Below, in pieces: positions 55,928 to 63,921 of a stretch of DNA of 64,000 nucleotides. How positions within the stretch are numbered: the first letter of the stretch is position 1; each line of letters begins with the position of its first letter. The DNA is taken from the IMG/VR virus record IMGVR_UViG_3300043466_002666. One strand, written 5' to 3'. Source of the stretch: a virus. Under the pieces are notes generated by a model. It was given only the letters and a program-made list of their open reading frames with translations, was not told the origin of the DNA and did not search any database. Position numbers and translations under genes: made by a program.

Positions 55928-56100
55928 GCATTGTACCCTTCGATTTGAAGTAAAGCACGACGGCAATCATATGCCTGTGTTTGTGAATTGAATGTTGCTA
56001 CCTTTTGAAATGGTTCTAGCCTATAGATAGACCATTTCGTAGAACCAATCTCTTGCATGATGCGATAGGGATTGTCAATACCAAGTGGATACGGTTTCAT
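55924..56100 (-). CDS. small hypothetical protein (58 aa, not in ORF track)
   Basis: MKPYPLGIDNPYRIMQEIGSTKWSIYRLEPFQKVATFNSQTQAYDCRRALLQIEGYNA; ATGA overlaps at both ends. Confidence 0.68.
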   Translation of the reverse strand: MKPYPLGIDNPYRIMQEIGSTKWSIYRLEPFQKVATFNSQTQAYDCRRALLQIEGYNA

Positions 56101-56345
56101 GCTTCGATGATAGAGAAGGAACCACAGAATTTGCGAACCCAGTTTAGAGTATCTTTGTAGTTTCTCGGATTAGAGAGAACTGCAGTAGCATTATTGCGTG
56201 GATTGTGAGCAATAGCAACATACTGATTGTCATCAACCTCTTCAATCCACATCTGATTTACATTACCATCTTGCCAATCCCAGCGAGATGTGGTGTAGTG
56301 ATACACTTCACGAGGCTTGCGGTTTGTGGTGAATGTTTGGATCAT
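56097..56345 (-). CDS. hypothetical protein
   Basis: 82 aa behind its own promoter. Confidence 0.72.
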   Translation of the reverse strand: MIQTFTTNRKPREVYHYTTSRWDWQDGNVNQMWIEEVDDNQYVAIAHNPRNNATAVLSNPRNYKDTLNWVRKFCGSFSIIEA

Positions 56346-56370
56346 GGGTGGTTCCCTTGACTACCTTTGT

Positions 56371-56424
56371 ATATTAGCCCACCTGGGGCGGAAGGTCAAC
56401 CTCTGATTGATCAGTCTTCTTAAT
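56371..56424 (-). promoter_or_regulatory. early promoter with LysR-type box
   Basis: TTGACC (56399-56394), 17 bp, TAATAT; ATCAG-N5-TTAAT at 56410-56424. Confidence 0.65.
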
Positions 56425-56559
56425 GGTGCGGAAACGTTTCCGCATTTCATACTGATGGTTCCGTGTGAATGCGTAAAGAATCACAACAAGTGCTCCAGCC
56501 AATCCTGCAACAGCAGCAATAGCATTGATCTCAGTGGGGAAAGTAGTGGTTTCAATCAT
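56374..56559 (-). CDS. small single-TM membrane protein
   Basis: AIAAVAGLAGALVVILYAF transmembrane segment. Confidence 0.65.
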   Translation of the reverse strand: MIETTTFPTEINAIAAVAGLAGALVVILYAFTRNHQYEMRKRFRTIKKTDQSEVDLPPQVG

Positions 56560-56776
56560 CTAGAATACCTTCTAAGCGTGGTAGTGTAAAAGTTATGTAG
56601 TCTGGGTCTTCTTCAAGAAGTTCTCGATACTCATCATAGATTGCAATGGCATTGAAAACATTCTTGCTCATCTTTTTGCCCTTTTTGGTTTTCAATGCAC
56701 GTTTATCAAATAGCTCCATTCGATTTCGTGCATTGACTTCAGACAAAAAGATTGAATAATCAACTGGGTCCATCAT
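56552..56776 (-). CDS. hypothetical protein
   Basis: 74 aa, overlapping operon arrangement. Confidence 0.65.
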   Translation of the reverse strand: MMDPVDYSIFLSEVNARNRMELFDKRALKTKKGKKMSKNVFNAIAIYDEYRELLEEDPDYITFTLPRLEGILDD

Positions 56777-56918
56777 TGTGAGGATCTCCTTTTCCTTCTA
56801 GTGATTTGGCGAAAAGTTCAACATACTTTTCAAGATATGCAGTATCGTAGGCTGCAAGATGATTCTTTGATAATTCCTTGTGCATGTTGTTCAGGTTGGT
56901 CCAATCTTCGTCGTTCAT
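56760..56918 (-). CDS. small hypothetical protein (52 aa, not in ORF track)
   Basis: MNDEDWTNLNNMHKELSKNHLAAYDTAYLEKYVELFAKSLEGKGDPHNDGPS; ATGA-coupled to the phosphoesterase. Confidence 0.65.
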   Translation of the reverse strand: MNDEDWTNLNNMHKELSKNHLAAYDTAYLEKYVELFAKSLEGKGDPHNDGPS

Positions 56919-57547
56919 AGTTCCAAATCAATGTGTTCTAATTCACCCAGACCAATGTATTCAACACCTTTGTGTATGGTGTGATGATTTACATGCCAAT
57001 GTCCATGAATGAATAGATCTGGTTTGTGAATCTCTAGTATATTATCAAGAAACTGACGAGTGATAGATGGATCGTCATATTTCGTTTTATTACACTTAGA
57101 GCACACTATGTATGTTAGACTCTCTGGCATTTCATGTGCCACAATGATAGATGGTTTGAGTTTCTCATATACATCGCACACAATGAGAAACTCTTTATAT
57201 GATAATTCTTCATTCACCCACCAGTTGTAACCTTCTGTTCTGTAATGTGCATCAATAGATTTTGCACCACCAATACAGAAGATTTTATCATGAACCATTG
57301 TGCCATCAGGTATCCAGAATGGATGCTTTTTACATACACTTGGATTGTCATGATTGCCACGAATGAATCGGTGATCACCTTTTTTCATGGAATCATATGG
57401 TGGATTAGAATGAACTTGCTCAGTGATCTTACTCACAAAGCCAACACCGAAGTCACCAACCTGAATCGAAGTATCGCATTCATTGATGATCTTCTTATAC
57501 TTTTTCCAATTACCATGAACATCACCAATGAAGCGAATACTTTTCAT
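56915..57547 (-). CDS. calcineurin-like metallophosphoesterase
   Basis: GDVHG, QVGDFG, RGNHD, AHE, HGHWH motifs. Confidence 0.9.
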   Translation of the reverse strand: MKSIRFIGDVHGNWKKYKKIINECDTSIQVGDFGVGFVSKITEQVHSNPPYDSMKKGDHRFIRGNHDNPSVCKKHPFWIPDGTMVHDKIFCIGGAKSIDAHYRTEGYNWWVNEELSYKEFLIVCDVYEKLKPSIIVAHEMPESLTYIVCSKCNKTKYDDPSITRQFLDNILEIHKPDLFIHGHWHVNHHTIHKGVEYIGLGELEHIDLEL

Positions 57548-57870
57548 TTGTTAAACCATTTGTAGATATAATATATTGCAAACAGAATGATTGCAACTAG
57601 AATCACATAGCGAAACACATAGACAGCCATCATGGCACCGAAGAGCAGAATCCAGAACCAACTACCATCAGACGATCCACTAGAATACGATTCGGATGAG
57701 TTATTAGATGATCGTGAACTAATTGGATTGCACGTAACAACTTCTTTTGCACCATAAGTTGATTTAATCTGTGCAATAGCATCTTGTCGTACAATACCAG
57801 GAGTTTCAATCTCGATGTTCTGAAGAACATTAGATTGAGTTCGGATTGTTGCTAACCAGCGTTGTCCCAT
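57544..57870 (-). CDS. membrane protein with C-terminal TM segments
   Basis: Ser-rich linker followed by a hydrophobic C-terminus. Confidence 0.7.
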   Translation of the reverse strand: MGQRWLATIRTQSNVLQNIEIETPGIVRQDAIAQIKSTYGAKEVVTCNPISSRSSNNSSESYSSGSSDGSWFWILLFGAMMAVYVFRYVILVAIILFAIYYIYKWFNK

Positions 57871-57871
57871 G

Positions 57872-58048
57872 TTACTGTCCTACTTTGTAAATAATGCAAC
57901 GCTTAAACTCTTGCCACTCAGTATCGCTAAAGTTATCACTAGCATAAGGAATACCAACATCACTGGCACATTGCCTTGCAATACTTTCAGGAACAGGAGT
58001 CGATAGGAAATCATACTGAATGATTGTGGCCAGAAGAATTGGAATCAT
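57872..58048 (-). CDS. small secreted/membrane protein (58 aa, not in ORF track)
   Basis: MIPILLATIIQYDFLSTPVPESIARQCASDVGIPYASDNFSDTEWQEFKRCIIYKVGQ. Confidence 0.65.
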   Translation of the reverse strand: MIPILLATIIQYDFLSTPVPESIARQCASDVGIPYASDNFSDTEWQEFKRCIIYKVGQ

Positions 58049-58269
58049 GATTCAGAAGTGAAACGGTCAGCCCAGAGTTCGTAAAACATTTCCCGAAGAT
58101 TCTCAATCATTGTATAACGCTGAATGATTGGATTCTCCATGGGAATATCATATAGCCCATCATCATATGGTGCTACAAGTTGAAATGTATCTAGGGCATG
58201 ATGTAGAATCTCATTGATGAGTTCATGTTGGGATTCTGTCAGAGTGACAGTGATGTTACTTTCGTTCAT
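58045..58269 (-). CDS. hypothetical protein
   Basis: 74-aa acidic ORF in operon. Confidence 0.68.
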   Translation of the reverse strand: MNESNITVTLTESQHELINEILHHALDTFQLVAPYDDGLYDIPMENPIIQRYTMIENLREMFYELWADRFTSES

Positions 58270-58271
58270 GA

Positions 58272-58508
58272 TCAGTTGTTAGTGTTAATGTTCAGTCCAC
58301 CGAAAATCATACGAACACCAACAATGATGCCCCAGATTTGCCAGATGGTGAGTACAGTGTAATTAAACAGGTTCACCAGAATCCAGTGAACAATCCATGC
58401 AGGAATCAACATGAATGCAGCACCAAGTGCAAATAGTAGCACAGCTACAATAACAATTCCCAGGCCAGTACCTAAGATCTCAGCCCAGGTAGTGTTGTTG
58501 TTTGACAT
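58272..58508 (-). CDS. two-TM membrane protein; likely start MSNNN at 58508
   Basis: Long hydrophobic stretches; promoter at 58562-58590. Confidence 0.7.
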   Translation of the reverse strand: MSNNNTTWAEILGTGLGIVIVAVLLFALGAAFMLIPAWIVHWILVNLFNYTVLTIWQIWGIIVGVRMIFGGLNINTNN

Positions 58509-58561
58509 AATGCGTCGTCGGCGTGATGTGCGGGTCAAGAAACCTCCGTCTCAACAAAGAT

Positions 58562-58616
58562 ACAATAGGATGATTTGGCTGGCTTGTCAAGGGGGGTGTG
58601 CCAGCCTGGCAACTGG
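58562..58616 (-). promoter_or_regulatory. early promoter with CCAG-N8-CTGG inverted repeat
   Basis: TTGACA (58590-58585), 17 bp, TATTGT; CCAGCC-N4-AACTGG starting 10 bp upstream of the -35. Confidence 0.65.
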
Positions 58617-58617
58617 T

Positions 58618-59859
58618 TCAGTCAACATAGTATTCAGGAGGAATGCCCTGCTTGAATACAAAGTCTACCACAGATTGCAGACGCTGTTGTGTATTCTTAC
58701 CATAATTTTTGTGAACTGGTACAGTCACAAAGCCATATGATTTACGATATGACATATAATCACCAGGAGTGAGTACACCATTAGCCATATCTTGTGCATC
58801 TTCACGATCTACACGAATCACACGACCAATAGTTTGACACATCTCAATCACATTGAGATTTCGCAGGAGCACAGAATGTGTGAGCCCTGGGCAGTTGATA
58901 CCTTCACTGAGAATAGAATAGTGAAACAATACAAATTTCTTCTGTTTGTCTTGTCCCCACTTAGTCATTGTCTCAAAGAATACTTCACGATTCACTTTCT
59001 TGTCATTGACATATGCACCTTCTTTAGATGTGATGTGAAGAATCTCATAGCCACGCTGTTTGAACTGATTCATCACATCAGTACGAAACAACATCTGACA
59101 CAATACACGAGTGCTAGGTGCAGCTACCAATACTTTCTGTGCTTTGGTATCATCAAGACCATCCAGAATATCCAATAGAGTCTTAGCATCATGCTTGGCT
59201 GCATTGTCTTTATCACGCTCACCATCAATCTCATGAATTTGTACCATTGGAGGAATGATACTACCATTCTCGATCAGTTCAGGTGCAGGTACATTCTCGA
59301 TCACCTGACCAAACACAATAGAGTTATTCATGCCACGACCTTTAGGGTTCTGTGACAGTTTAGGTGTAGCAGTGAAATAGTATGCAGACTCTGCATGTTG
59401 AGACATCATTGCAGTAGAATAAAAGAAGTCTCGCTTACAGGCATTGTGAGCCTCATCAAAGTAGACTGTATCAATGTGTATTCCACTGTCAATAACACGA
59501 TGAAGAGAATGATAAGTAGTAAAAAGTAATTGGTGTTCATTGTTGAATTTGACCATGTTATGAAACATGGTAATTTGATCAGGATTAGTTGTAGAGAAAT
59601 GCTTAGTCTCACCAGAGTGAACATGGGCAACCACAGCATTGGTGATCTGATCAGTGAACTCTGCACAGAGCTGATTGGCCAGAAGGATCCTGGGAGCCAC
59701 CACAAGGGCTGTGAAGGGCTTCTGTGCCTCATTCAGACGACGAATCAGATCACGGATCATGATCAGGGTCTTGCCTCCGCCAGTGGGCACATACACCTGG
59801 CCCATACGAACCAGTTCCATCTTGGTGAGGCTACGGCTTTGGTGGGGTCGAAGCTTCAT
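58618..59859 (-). CDS. SF2 DEAH helicase (ResIII-like); likely start MKLRPHQ at 59859
   Basis: LRPHQ, PTGGGKT, DEAH, FTATP, LSEGIN, QTIGRVIR; promoter TTGACA-18-TATGGT at 59910-59881 lies inside the longer track ORF. Confidence 0.9.
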   Translation of the reverse strand: MKLRPHQSRSLTKMELVRMGQVYVPTGGGKTLIMIRDLIRRLNEAQKPFTALVVAPRILLANQLCAEFTDQITNAVVAHVHSGETKHFSTTNPDQITMFHNMVKFNNEHQLLFTTYHSLHRVIDSGIHIDTVYFDEAHNACKRDFFYSTAMMSQHAESAYYFTATPKLSQNPKGRGMNNSIVFGQVIENVPAPELIENGSIIPPMVQIHEIDGERDKDNAAKHDAKTLLDILDGLDDTKAQKVLVAAPSTRVLCQMLFRTDVMNQFKQRGYEILHITSKEGAYVNDKKVNREVFFETMTKWGQDKQKKFVLFHYSILSEGINCPGLTHSVLLRNLNVIEMCQTIGRVIRVDREDAQDMANGVLTPGDYMSYRKSYGFVTVPVHKNYGKNTQQRLQSVVDFVFKQGIPPEYYVD

Positions 59860-59917
59860 GGTGAAAACAGCAATGGGTCCACCATACCATGGCAGACCCA
59901 AGCTTGTCAAGAGTTAT

Positions 59918-61714
59918 TCAGGACATGTAGAAATGAGGTACAGTATCAAACTCCTTTATACTCTTCATCATACTTTTAGTTACTTGTGCTTTAATTGCAC
60001 CTATCAGTTGTGTTGATTTAAAAGCTCCAGTTGGATTATTCTGCAAGAACAGTTTATATGATTTTTTAGTGATTACACCAAATACAGTTAGGAATATTCT
60101 CTGCTTCAAATATCTGTGCATCTTAATGCCACCTCTAGTTAAAAAATATGATACTTGAGCATTCTCATAATGAGTTTTAATCATAGAATCTGAATTATTG
60201 ATTCCTGATGATAATGAATTCTTTAAAATTAAATTCACTACTGCAACTCTATACGTATTTAAAATATTTTCTCTTTGAGTAACTTTTTCATACTCCTCAA
60301 TGAATTTAATCAAACTATCTTGTCGTTCAGCACCTACAACAAAAAGTGGTTTTGATATATCTCGTTTTGCTCTAGCATATAGTGTCTGCAAATTCTTTAT
60401 TTGCATTGAATAATTCTTTGTATCTTTACTAGGGTTCTTTCCATAATCATATTTTCCTTGAGTTCCCTTCAAATAAGTCATCCTAGAATACATACCCTCC
60501 TTAGTGTATGGTGTCTGTGGGTCTGTTTTCTTTAGTTTTCTATATACTGGAGTTTTACCTGCTCCTACTGGTTTTGATACTTGAATATCAGTATTAATTT
60601 GTTGTGTCAAATTAACTGATTTGTTTATGCTACCAGACAATGCATAGTTTAATGCTTTCTTGCGAATAGATATTAATTCATTATTAATTTTATCAAATTC
60701 TGGATATTTGAATAGAAAATTCTCTAATGGCTTAACTCCTGTTCCTCCAACCCATTGAGTGCTATAACCAGGAGTATTGAAAAACTGACCATTAAATCCT
60801 GCAGTTCCACCTCCATCTGCTTGTGCTTTTGGCCATGCCAATAGATTGAATTTCACATCATTTTCATATAATCCTAAACGTTTATATCTGAAGGTAACTG
60901 GAAACTTCCATTGACCAATTCTATTAACATCAATTTTAGTATGAAGAAACACAGTTTCATCTATCATTTTGTCTATATTTGTTTTAGGATCTGAAAGCAT
61001 AGCAATAAATTTGCTATACGGATCAACATGCTTAAGCATTTTCTTGCCAACTGCATTGCCTGGTTTTCCTACCACTTTGATATTTTTTGTTCCATTAGTT
61101 GCAGGCAATTTCAATGAAACTCCAAACAATGTATGCTTCTTCCAATACATTTCTAGTAGTTCATTATACTTATCAAAGTTATTGATTAAATATATGTCAC
61201 TTTTGTTTAATATTTCAGCTTCAAATGTTTCCTCTATATTATTCTTTGCAGTCTTCTTTACAATGTAAATATCTGCACTGGATAATACATCTTCCTTTAT
61301 TGGAAGTTTAGTTGCTTTAATTATCTTTCCCAAACATCTATTCTTTATCAATCTCATGAATGGATCAGTTTGATCCAAGAACTCATACATTTGAAAATTT
61401 TTAGATATTAAATTTCTATGATAAAAGTTCTTAGCAACATCATATACTATTTTCACGGAAATATCTATACTCTTTTCATTTGTAGATGGTGTAGTAGTTG
61501 TTGGCCAATTTTCAAATACTCGTTCAAATAGAAAATTCTGACCCAAATGCTTCTCATATGCACTGGTATCACTAGTGATATCTGAATCAAACAAATCATA
61601 AAACGATTGCTCATGTTGAGCTTCAGTTTGTTTAGAATACTTATATGCAGCAAAATGAGCAAATGCAAGACATTGCATAAGCTCTTTGCCTAAGTCCCAT
61701 TTTTCTAGTGCCAT
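59918..61714 (-). CDS. large hypothetical protein with PD-(D/E)xK-like nuclease motifs
   Basis: 598 aa, SSADIYIV ... FGVSLK; abuts the ART-like gene. Confidence 0.6.
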   Translation of the reverse strand: MALEKWDLGKELMQCLAFAHFAAYKYSKQTEAQHEQSFYDLFDSDITSDTSAYEKHLGQNFLFERVFENWPTTTTPSTNEKSIDISVKIVYDVAKNFYHRNLISKNFQMYEFLDQTDPFMRLIKNRCLGKIIKATKLPIKEDVLSSADIYIVKKTAKNNIEETFEAEILNKSDIYLINNFDKYNELLEMYWKKHTLFGVSLKLPATNGTKNIKVVGKPGNAVGKKMLKHVDPYSKFIAMLSDPKTNIDKMIDETVFLHTKIDVNRIGQWKFPVTFRYKRLGLYENDVKFNLLAWPKAQADGGGTAGFNGQFFNTPGYSTQWVGGTGVKPLENFLFKYPEFDKINNELISIRKKALNYALSGSINKSVNLTQQINTDIQVSKPVGAGKTPVYRKLKKTDPQTPYTKEGMYSRMTYLKGTQGKYDYGKNPSKDTKNYSMQIKNLQTLYARAKRDISKPLFVVGAERQDSLIKFIEEYEKVTQRENILNTYRVAVVNLILKNSLSSGINNSDSMIKTHYENAQVSYFLTRGGIKMHRYLKQRIFLTVFGVITKKSYKLFLQNNPTGAFKSTQLIGAIKAQVTKSMMKSIKEFDTVPHFYMS

Positions 61715-62353
61715 TTACCTTCTTCTACGAATTGTTGGTGATGGATTACGAATCATCCTTTTATTTGCATAATCTGCATCCATTGCAACATGACCAGTTC
61801 TTGTATTTTGTACTACTGGTTTTTCCCTTGTAGTTTTTTGTTGTGATGTAAGTCCTTTTGGAATAGTATCAGTTTTAGATACTTTTTTAGCAGGAACTCT
61901 ATATGATACTACTGCTGGCTTTTTCTTTCTTTGCTTTGAAGTAAACTCTGCATACTTCTCTGCTTTCTTTCTATCTGGTGTGACATAATGACCTGGACCT
62001 TCACTTCCTTTTGGTGATGGTTTTGGACCAGTTCGTTTGATAGATTTTACAGAGTCTTGATCAGATCCATGATGCAATACTTTAAATCCTATTGTTTTTC
62101 CAGTTCTCTTGAATGCTTCATCTAAAAACTGTGAATATGTTTTGCCCTCAGCATAATTTCCAGTAGATTGTGCTCTTTTGCGAAGTGCTTGAATGAGTGG
62201 ACTATCCCCAGACATTCCTGGTTTTTTACTTAAATTTCTTCTTCTTTCTTTCTCATACTCATATTGTTTAGCAGCAGATCTTTTCTTTTTAGGAACTAGA
62301 CCTCCAGTTTTTGAACCAATTTCTACTTCATCCTTTTCGTAAATTGTATGCAT
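61715..62353 (-). CDS. late protein with PARP-like ADP-ribosyltransferase domain
   Basis: LHHGS...SIKRTG...GPGHYVT...AEKYA signature; KTYSQFLDE precedes the domain; TATAAATA at 62383-62376. Confidence 0.65.
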   Translation of the reverse strand: MHTIYEKDEVEIGSKTGGLVPKKKRSAAKQYEYEKERRRNLSKKPGMSGDSPLIQALRKRAQSTGNYAEGKTYSQFLDEAFKRTGKTIGFKVLHHGSDQDSVKSIKRTGPKPSPKGSEGPGHYVTPDRKKAEKYAEFTSKQRKKKPAVVSYRVPAKKVSKTDTIPKGLTSQQKTTREKPVVQNTRTGHVAMDADYANKRMIRNPSPTIRRRR

Positions 62354-62375
62354 GGAACAATTGATTGATTTTAAG

Positions 62376-62408
62376 TATTTATAAAAAAGAGGGGCTTTTG
62401 GCCCCTCT
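62376..62408 (-). terminator. terminator overlapping a late promoter
   Basis: AGAGGGGC-CAAAA-GCCCCTCT stem with U-run that runs into TATAAATA. Confidence 0.8.
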
Positions 62409-62411
62409 GAA

Positions 62412-62822
62412 TCACTTATTCATTTGTAGTGTTGGAACTGGCATTCCACCTTCTGTTGGTACATAGATGGTTACATTACCATTCTTACTACCATCTTCAA
62501 GTCCAGTGATATACAGATACTGAAGATACTCACGGTTGTCTTTTAGACTGTTACCAATGATTTGGTTTGCCTTAGCAACACCAGTAGCACGAATGATTTC
62601 AGCATCAGCAAGTTGTTGTGCAGAATCTTTCTTTGCTTGTGCTTCAAGCACTGCTACCTGTCGAGTATATTCTGCCTTCTGCAGTTCTGCTTTACCAGCC
62701 AGTGATTGTTGCCATACATTGTATTGTGGACCACCAATAAAGATGAGACCACCAACTACAGCAATGCCAATGGCAAACAAAGCAACCCCAGGGTCAATAA
62801 ATCCATTTTGATTAGTTTTCAT
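62412..62822 (-). CDS. membrane protein with SPFH/band-7-like coiled coil
   Basis: N-terminal TM, EAQAKKDSAQQLADAEIIRATGVAKANQII, YLQYLYI, IYVPTE. Confidence 0.7.
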   Translation of the reverse strand: MKTNQNGFIDPGVALFAIGIAVVGGLIFIGGPQYNVWQQSLAGKAELQKAEYTRQVAVLEAQAKKDSAQQLADAEIIRATGVAKANQIIGNSLKDNREYLQYLYITGLEDGSKNGNVTIYVPTEGGMPVPTLQMNK

Positions 62823-62994
62823 AAATCATACCTTCCATTTGTTGTGACAATTGAAGCAAATCATTGATTAGTCTTTGGTTTTCTTCCTCAAGAACTGCAA
62901 TGCGTTTCTTGAGTTGTTGGTTTTCAGAATTTAGACACATTGCGTCTAGTTCTGCATCAGTGTATTTGTCCATTTTAATAGTGAATTCATTCAT
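62812..62994 (-). CDS. small coiled-coil hypothetical protein
   Basis: 60 aa, overlapping operon arrangement. Confidence 0.65.
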   Translation of the reverse strand: MNEFTIKMDKYTDAELDAMCLNSENQQLKKRIAVLEEENQRLINDLLQLSQQMEGMIYEN

Positions 62995-63173
62995 TTTAAT
63001 CCAACCTCTTTCAAGTATTCATGGTAACGCATAAATCGAGTGAGTGATGGGTGTCCTGGTGGATTCAAGCTCCAACAGCACTCAGTATAGGATAAAAACT
63101 CATACCAAGGCGTGGTTGGATCCAGAACATGAACTGGCACAGTATCAGAGTTTTCCACCAACAACTCCTTCAT
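62991..63173 (-). CDS. small hypothetical protein
   Basis: DPTTPWYEFLSY.ECC motif; operon context. Confidence 0.65.
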   Translation of the reverse strand: MKELLVENSDTVPVHVLDPTTPWYEFLSYTECCWSLNPPGHPSLTRFMRYHEYLKEVGLK

Positions 63174-63381
63174 GTTTAGTTGCTTCAGGAAAACCTTCCT
63201 GTTGCCATTTCAGATATTGTCTGGTAGCAGCAATGCAGTTATTCTCAGACAATGATGTGATGACTTCTTTACCTTCTTTTGTAAAACTCCTCCATGTTTT
63301 CCATCGAGTTTGTTCTACACGAAATGCATCATCAATCCACTGCACTTCTGCAATTTCAGGATGTTCGTTTTGGTTTGTCAT
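63145..63381 (-). CDS. conserved cyanophage-type hypothetical protein
   Basis: WIDDAFRVE...W.S...G...ITSL...VVGGKL. Confidence 0.72.
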   Translation of the reverse strand: MTNQNEHPEIAEVQWIDDAFRVEQTRWKTWRSFTKEGKEVITSLSENNCIAATRQYLKWQQEGFPEATKHEGVVGGKL

Positions 63382-63716
63382 TCAAATTCTCCTGTACGGT
63401 TTTTGATTCTGCCTGTGTGATAAATGCCCTCAACTCTGGTGTCTCGGTCCATTCCCAGATTGTGCCGTCTTTCTGGGTAAAGTTTTTCTGAATAGTCTGA
63501 AGTTTCATAGATTTCTACCTGTACATTAATTTCTCTTGAGTTCCAGTGTCGAATGACACCAGCTACGATGAATAGGTTTGTGACAAAGTAAGTAATGAAG
63601 ATGATAGTCCTAACTACTGCTACTTTGTCTGCTACTTGGTCTTTTTTGTGTGCTTTTTCTCCTAGTGCGAGTGCCCACAGGTGCCACAACGATTTCAGTG
63701 GATTCATTTGGTTCAA
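63378..63716 (-). CDS. small membrane protein
   Basis: WALALGEKA...ADKVAVVRT...IVAGVIRHW. Confidence 0.7.
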   Translation of the reverse strand: MNQMNPLKSLWHLWALALGEKAHKKDQVADKVAVVRTIIFITYFVTNLFIVAGVIRHWNSREINVQVEIYETSDYSEKLYPERRHNLGMDRDTRVEGIYHTGRIKNRTGEFE

Positions 63717-63921
63717 AGAAGGTTTCTAGTGATGAAAACAATTCTTGTTTTTGTTTTCGTGGTGCTTTACCAGTAATGGTTCTAATATCACCATCAATTG
63801 GTTTATACCTGTCTATGTATTTCTTTAAATGATCTTCACAACTAAACCAACAAACTTTACTTTCACCTTTATCAGTGTGCTCCAACCTATAGGGGAATCC
63901 TTCATATGGAAAATCTGTCAT
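63610..63921 (-). CDS. hypothetical protein
   Basis: FPYRLE...CWFSCEDHL.KYIDRY. Confidence 0.7.
   Translation of the reverse strand: MTDFPYEGFPYRLEHTDKGESKVCWFSCEDHLKKYIDRYKPIDGDIRTITGKAPRKQKQELFSSLETFFEPNESTEIVVAPVGTRTRRKSTQKRPSSRQSSSS

Noticed and set aside
62770-62822. Type IV prepilin-like cleavage motif (NQNG/FIDPG)
   Set aside because: It lacks the conserved Glu at +5 and has Asp-Pro instead; the rest of the protein looks SPFH-like.
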